Below are positions 59,809 to 64,000 of a stretch of DNA of 64,000 bases, piece by piece. Position 1 is the stretch's first letter. Each line of letters begins with the position of its first letter. This DNA is from Alphaproteobacteria bacterium (GTDB taxonomy: Bacteria; Pseudomonadota; Alphaproteobacteria; MPNO01; UBA830). Under the pieces are notes generated by a model that saw only the letters and a program-made list of their open reading frames with translations, did not search any database and had not been told where the DNA came from. The position numbers and the translations under genes are program-made. The DNA is taken from positions 2,976,001-3,040,000 of the forward strand of contig OZ219791.1 of NCBI GenBank assembly GCA_964291215.2, in the 5' to 3' direction.

Positions 59809-62701
59809 CAGGTGTTTCCCACGCTGCATTCAATTTTGCTGTCTTCTGCTGTCCGGAGGTTTCACAGCGTGCCGGGTTTTCTGGCTTCGGGGCCGTCCGC
59901 GGTTGCCGGCGCGTGGGCGGGTTGTTTTCGGGTTGTGGGCGGCGTCCGGGAATCGGCCGGACACCATTGGCGCTCAGGGCTGCGACGGCTTCCTGGCGGC
60001 TTGCGGTAGCATGCGGGCGATCTTGCCGGGGTAGTTGATCAGGTCCTCGAGCGGCACGTATCGAGCGCTGCTCGAGGCGGGCCTTGCTTCCTTGAAGCGG
60101 CCACTGGCTCCCGGTCGATGTCGTCGAGGATGTCGAAGGTTCCGGGCGCCCTTGACCGGGAAGACGTGGTCTGCGCCGCAGCGCCGGGTGATCAGCATCG
60201 CTGGCGTCGTGCGGGTGATCACCTTGCCGCGGACATCGGTGCGCTCGAGGAGGTGGCCGCCAGCTCGCCGTCGTCGAAGTTCAACAGCGCGAAGGGGGGC
60301 CTGAGGCGTGAGGGCCATGGTCTCGTGGTGGCCGCCGCGGATGCGCTTGCCGTCGGCGGCAAGCGCCCGGGCGAGCCCGCGGCCGAGCATGTCCTCGAGC
60401 GCCTCGGGGTCGACCGACTGCCCGGTGGAGGGTCGCCCTGGAGGGCGGCTCGCGCAGCTCCGTCCTCGGGTTCCGCCGATGGCCTCGAGCTTGTCCCGGG
60501 ACAGCGACCGCGCAAACCGCGCAGCTGCCTTTCATGTTCGCAAGCTCGGCAAGAACGTGAGCACACCGTGTGCTTCCTGCGCGGCGGAAGTCCTCGATCG
60601 CCGTCAACTCGTCGTGCAGCGAACGCATCACTTCGGAACCCCGGGGAGCGAGGAGGCAGGCGGCGCCAGCGCCTGCGGGCGCGATAGCAGCCGTAGTTGT
60701 GTCAAGAATTGTCTGCAATTTCGGTCGTGGCATGGGTCTCCGCTGTTGGGGCTGCCGTCCTGGCGGGCCCGAGGGCCCGCCAGGACGGACAGAAATCCCG
60801 TCGTCACGCGGCCTTTCGCATGCGCTCGCGCTGATGCTCCTTCAAGTGGATCATGTTCAGGTAGCGGCTGGCCTCCAGCCAGTCCTCGTGGATCTCGATC
60901 GCCAGCGCCCGCACCAGACGCAGGCAGCTCTCCTCGTTGGGGAAAATCCGCACCACCTGGGTGCGCCGCTTGATCTCCTGGTTGAAGCGCTCGAGCATGT
61001 TCGTCGACTTCAGGTGCTTGTGGTGCGCCCGTGGCAGGCTGTAGAACGCAAACGTCTCCTCGATGGTCTCCTCGACCCACGACGTCAGCTTGGCGTAGTG
61101 CGACTGCCAGCGTGACAGCCACGCCGCGAGATCTCTCCGCGCCTCCTCGAGGTTGCCGCGGTCGTAGAGCCAGCGCAGCTCCTGAAGGCAGTCGTCGTCG
61201 CGCTTGCGCGGCATGTGGTCGAGCGCGTTGCGCAGAAAGTGCACGTAGCACCGCTGCTGCACCGCCTCGGGCACAACCTCGCTCACCGCCGCGCCAAGTG
61301 ATCGTCCCGGACCACAAACCGCACAGGCCGCGCTCCTTGAGTTGCAGCAGAAACGCCTTCCACGACGAGGCGCTCTCACGGTTGGCGAGCTCTACCGCAA
61401 GAACCTGGCGCCGGCCGTCCCAGTCAATCCCCAGCGCAACCAGAACCGCCTGAGAGCCGATCACCCCGGCCTCGCGGACCCGCTCGTAGCGGGCATCCAG
61501 GATCAGATAGGGAAACGGCTCCTCAAGACGCCGGCGCGCAAACGCCGCAAGGTCCGCATCCAGGCGCTTGACGATGTTCGATATCGTCGACGCCGAAAAA
61601 CTCTGCCCGCAAAGCTCCTCCGTGATCCGCTTCACCTTCCGCGTCGAAACACCCTGCACGTACATCTCCGCAAGCGCTGATACCAGCGCCTTCTCAGAGC
61701 GCTGGTAGCGCTCAAATACCGAGAAAAATCCGCCACGATCCTGCGGAACCTGAAGCTCCAGCGAACCCACACGCGTCACAAGCGTCCGCTTGTAATACCC
61801 CGAGCGGTAGCCCACACGCGTCAACGTCCGCGCACCCTTCGAGGCCCCCAGAGCCGACGTCATCTCGCTCTCCAGAACCTCCTGCAGATAACCCCGGAGA
61901 CTCTCGCGAAGAAAGTCCTCGTCCCCACCCAAAATCTCCTTGATCTCGGCGATCCCCGCCTTACGCTTGCTCTCGGTCATGGTGTGCCTCCTTCGTTGCA
62001 CGAAGTGCTTCTCAATCACTGGCATGCCATGACCGGTCAGGCTTGAAAACCCTTTTGCAGAACCTTCTGTACACAACCGCAGCCGTCGCGCCGCACAACG
62101 AAAATCTCCTTGCCATGGGGGTCGGTGCAGCGCCCGCGGGCAAACCCCTTGGTCCAGCGCACGCCAGCCCGCCGCCTTGTGCCCGCAAAACGCGCCGGAT
62201 CGCAGAACGTCTCCGCCACCTGGTGGCCGCAGGCCCAGTCGTCGGCCAGCCGCCGCGTCGCAAGAAAGAAGGAGGCGAGGTTCGGAAACGTTCCCGGCGC
62301 CGCAAGCAGTCGCGTGTTGTCAGATCAAGCCACTGCTGCTCCGGCTTCCAGCCACCGGTCGCGGCACTTGAAGGACCCGTCACGCCGCCAGACCACTGCC
62401 CCCTGAAGGACGCAACATGGCGCAGCCCCGCCAGACGGCGAAACCCGGGATAGTCGTCCATCAACACATCCCGCAGCGGACGCTCCTCAGGCTTCGCGAA
62501 CCTCGGACAGACCCTTCCGGAGCTGCGACGTGAATCGGGCAGGACGCGATGTGCTTGTGAACCGACATCCCCGCACCATGACAACTCCAGTGCAGGAAAG
62601 CCGGCGAAAACTGCAAAAAAATCTCCCGCACCAACCCGCGCCCCTGAAAACCCAAGTACTGCCTTGAAAAATCAAACAGAATTTAGCGTAAGATCACCCT
62701 G
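59809..62701 (-). mobile_element. DUF4338-ISAs1 element (eroded), interrupted by IS256
   Basis: TIRs CAGGTGTTTCCCACGCTGCATTC / rc CAGGGTGATCTTACGCTAAATTC; DUF4338 fragments 62490-62090; ISAs1 fragments (LHDELTAIEDFRR, AADGKRIRG, DVRGKVIT, VFPVKG) 60690-59970. Confidence 0.8.
60695..62078 (-). mobile_element. IS256-family element with TIRs and an 8-bp TSD; transposase (61980-60804) frameshifted near 61300
   Basis: TSD GCAGCCGT at 60687-60694 and 62079-62086; TIRs AGTTGTGTCAAGAATTGTCTGCAA / rc GGTTGTGTACAGAAGGTTCTGCAA; motifs EMYVQGVSTRKV, LDARYE, QRCYVHFLRN and STNMLERFNQEIKRRT. Confidence 0.93.
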
Positions 62702-63192
62702 CCACAACATCGGCTGGGTCAATGTCGGCATCAGCCATGACACCGCGGCGTTTGCGGTGGAAAGTACCCGGCGCTGGTGGCGGCGCCTCGGGCGCTACCC
62801 CGGGGCGGCGGCTGATCACCGCCGACTGCGGCGGGTCGAACGGGGCCCGGCTGTGGAAGGTCGAACTGCAGAAGCTCGCCAGGGAACTCGAGATCATGAT
62901 CTGCCGCCCGGCACCAGCAAATGGAACCGCACATCGACTGTTCTCGTTCATCAGCCAGAACTGGCGCGGCAAGCCGCTGCGCAGCCTTGCGACCATCGTC
63001 AGCCTGAATCAGAGCAACCACCACCGAAACCGGCCTCAAGGTCTATTGCGATGTCGACGAAAACACCTGTCCGAAGGGAATCAAGGATGCCGAGATAAAG
63101 GCCCTCGACCGCGCAAAATTCCAGGGCGGGTTGGAACTATTCACTCTTGCCAACACCCGACACAGACGCGATTGTTTCGTGACGCGCCCTTA
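62702..63192 (+). mobile_element. ISAzo13-family transposase, 3' remnant
   Basis: GWVNVGISHDTAAFAVES.RRWW, ITADCGGSNG, PPGTSKWN and HRLFSFISQNWRGKPL. Confidence 0.82.
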
Positions 63193-63194
63193 AG

Positions 63195-63310
63195 TCCGCC
63201 TCTTCTTCTCCTTCCGATTTGCTTCGGTCCCAGTTTCGCATGGCCAGAACAGCGATGATGGTCAGTGACAGGATCTTGACGCCTTCTCAGAGCTTTTGCG
63301 TTTCTGGTGT
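63195..63310 (-). mobile_element. Short IS4 transposase C-terminal remnant related to 58170-58270
   Basis: Shared ttctccttccgatt..gtcccag..gcatggcc..tgatg..gacagga..tgacgcc..cagagctt segment. Confidence 0.55.
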
Positions 63311-63685
63311 CATCCGCCAAAAATACCGGAGAGCTCCGCCTTGGGTTTGCAGCCCTGAGCGGGCTGCAGGTGTTGCCGGCCTCGGCGGGGCAGCAGGCAA
63401 GGGGTTTGACCATCCGCTCTGTATTCAGTCGATGGTGATCGGCGAGTGAGTGCTCGACCGCTCGCGTGGTCGAATCCGTCCGGCGCTGCCGCAACGTAAC
63501 TCTGGAAACCGTCGACACGGTAGGCAATAATGTATCCGGGAGGCGCCGACTATGACTGCCCGGGCGGAAACGCCCGGCAGGCTTCGCAATCCGCCAGCGC
63601 GGATGCAGCCCGGCGAAGCGAGTTGCTGAAGGCAGCGACGATCCTGTCAGGACTCCGGTAACCCATCTTCCCGAAGCGAGGAGAC

Positions 63686-64000
63686 ATGAGCCAAACGGCC
63701 ATTAGACCCGCCCTGCGCACCGGCGAATTCGTTCCCCTCGTTGCCCTCCTGATGGCGCTTGTCGCGCTCGCGATCGATGCGGTGCTGCCAGCCTTGCCGG
63801 CGATAGGCGAGGATCTCGGAGCCGGGCGCCCGAATGACCTCCAGTTCGTCATCTTGGCCCTCTTTGTGGGGCTCGGCTTCGGTCAGATCATCTCCGGGCC
63901 GCTGTCTGATGCGATCGGCCGCAAGTCCGCGATCTATATCGGCCTCGCCCTGTTCATGGGCGGATGTCTCATGAGCATCTTTGCGCCCGCTTTCGAGGCG
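63686..64000 (+). CDS. Bcr/CflA-family multidrug MFS transporter, 5' part
   Basis: GAGGAG RBS; EFVPLVALLMALVALAIDAVLPALP..GPLSDAIGRK; runs off the window. Confidence 0.88.
   Translation, partial: MSQTAIRPALRTGEFVPLVALLMALVALAIDAVLPALPAIGEDLGAGRPNDLQFVILALFVGLGFGQIISGPLSDAIGRKSAIYIGLALFMGGCLMSIFAPAFEA

Overview
GC-rich bacterial chromosome segment, most likely an alphaproteobacterium: it has the conserved argS-SPOR-nagZ-scpAB-tatABC-serS-pcm-nlpD and yajC-secDF order. Layout: (1) 1-16.5 kb is a co-oriented minus-strand defence operon. It runs DUF6088/AbiEi-like + AbiEii, class I DISARM drmD, drmMI (frameshifted), a nested two-gene cassette (small 3-TM protein + ThsB-like TIR), drmA, drmB, drmC, and then an OLD-family ATPase running off the window. 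(2) 16.6-21.5 kb is a stack of eroded IS elements (ISAs1-DUF4338, IS110, Dam fragment/IS66, IS630, IS256, a MITE). (3) 21.6-25.7 kb holds a VOC protein and a TRAP transporter. (4) 25.8-32.4 kb is a second defence-island remnant: an intact ABC-ATPase-TOPRIM gene behind decayed hsdM/hsdS, a GIY-YIG micro-protein, and two DUF4338-ISAs1 relics. (5) 32.4-57.8 kb holds metabolic and housekeeping genes. (6) 58-63.4 kb holds IS relics, a DUF2285 pseudogene, a Phd-VapC TA pair and a DUF4338-ISAs1 element interrupted by an IS256 with an intact 8-bp TSD; a Bcr/CflA MFS gene then runs off the end. The best candidate for an undescribed system is the TIR + small membrane-effector pair embedded in DISARM, a Thoeris-like signal generator with no ThsA. 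No rRNA, tRNA or CRISPR array was seen. All family calls are from motif recognition by eye, not database searches.
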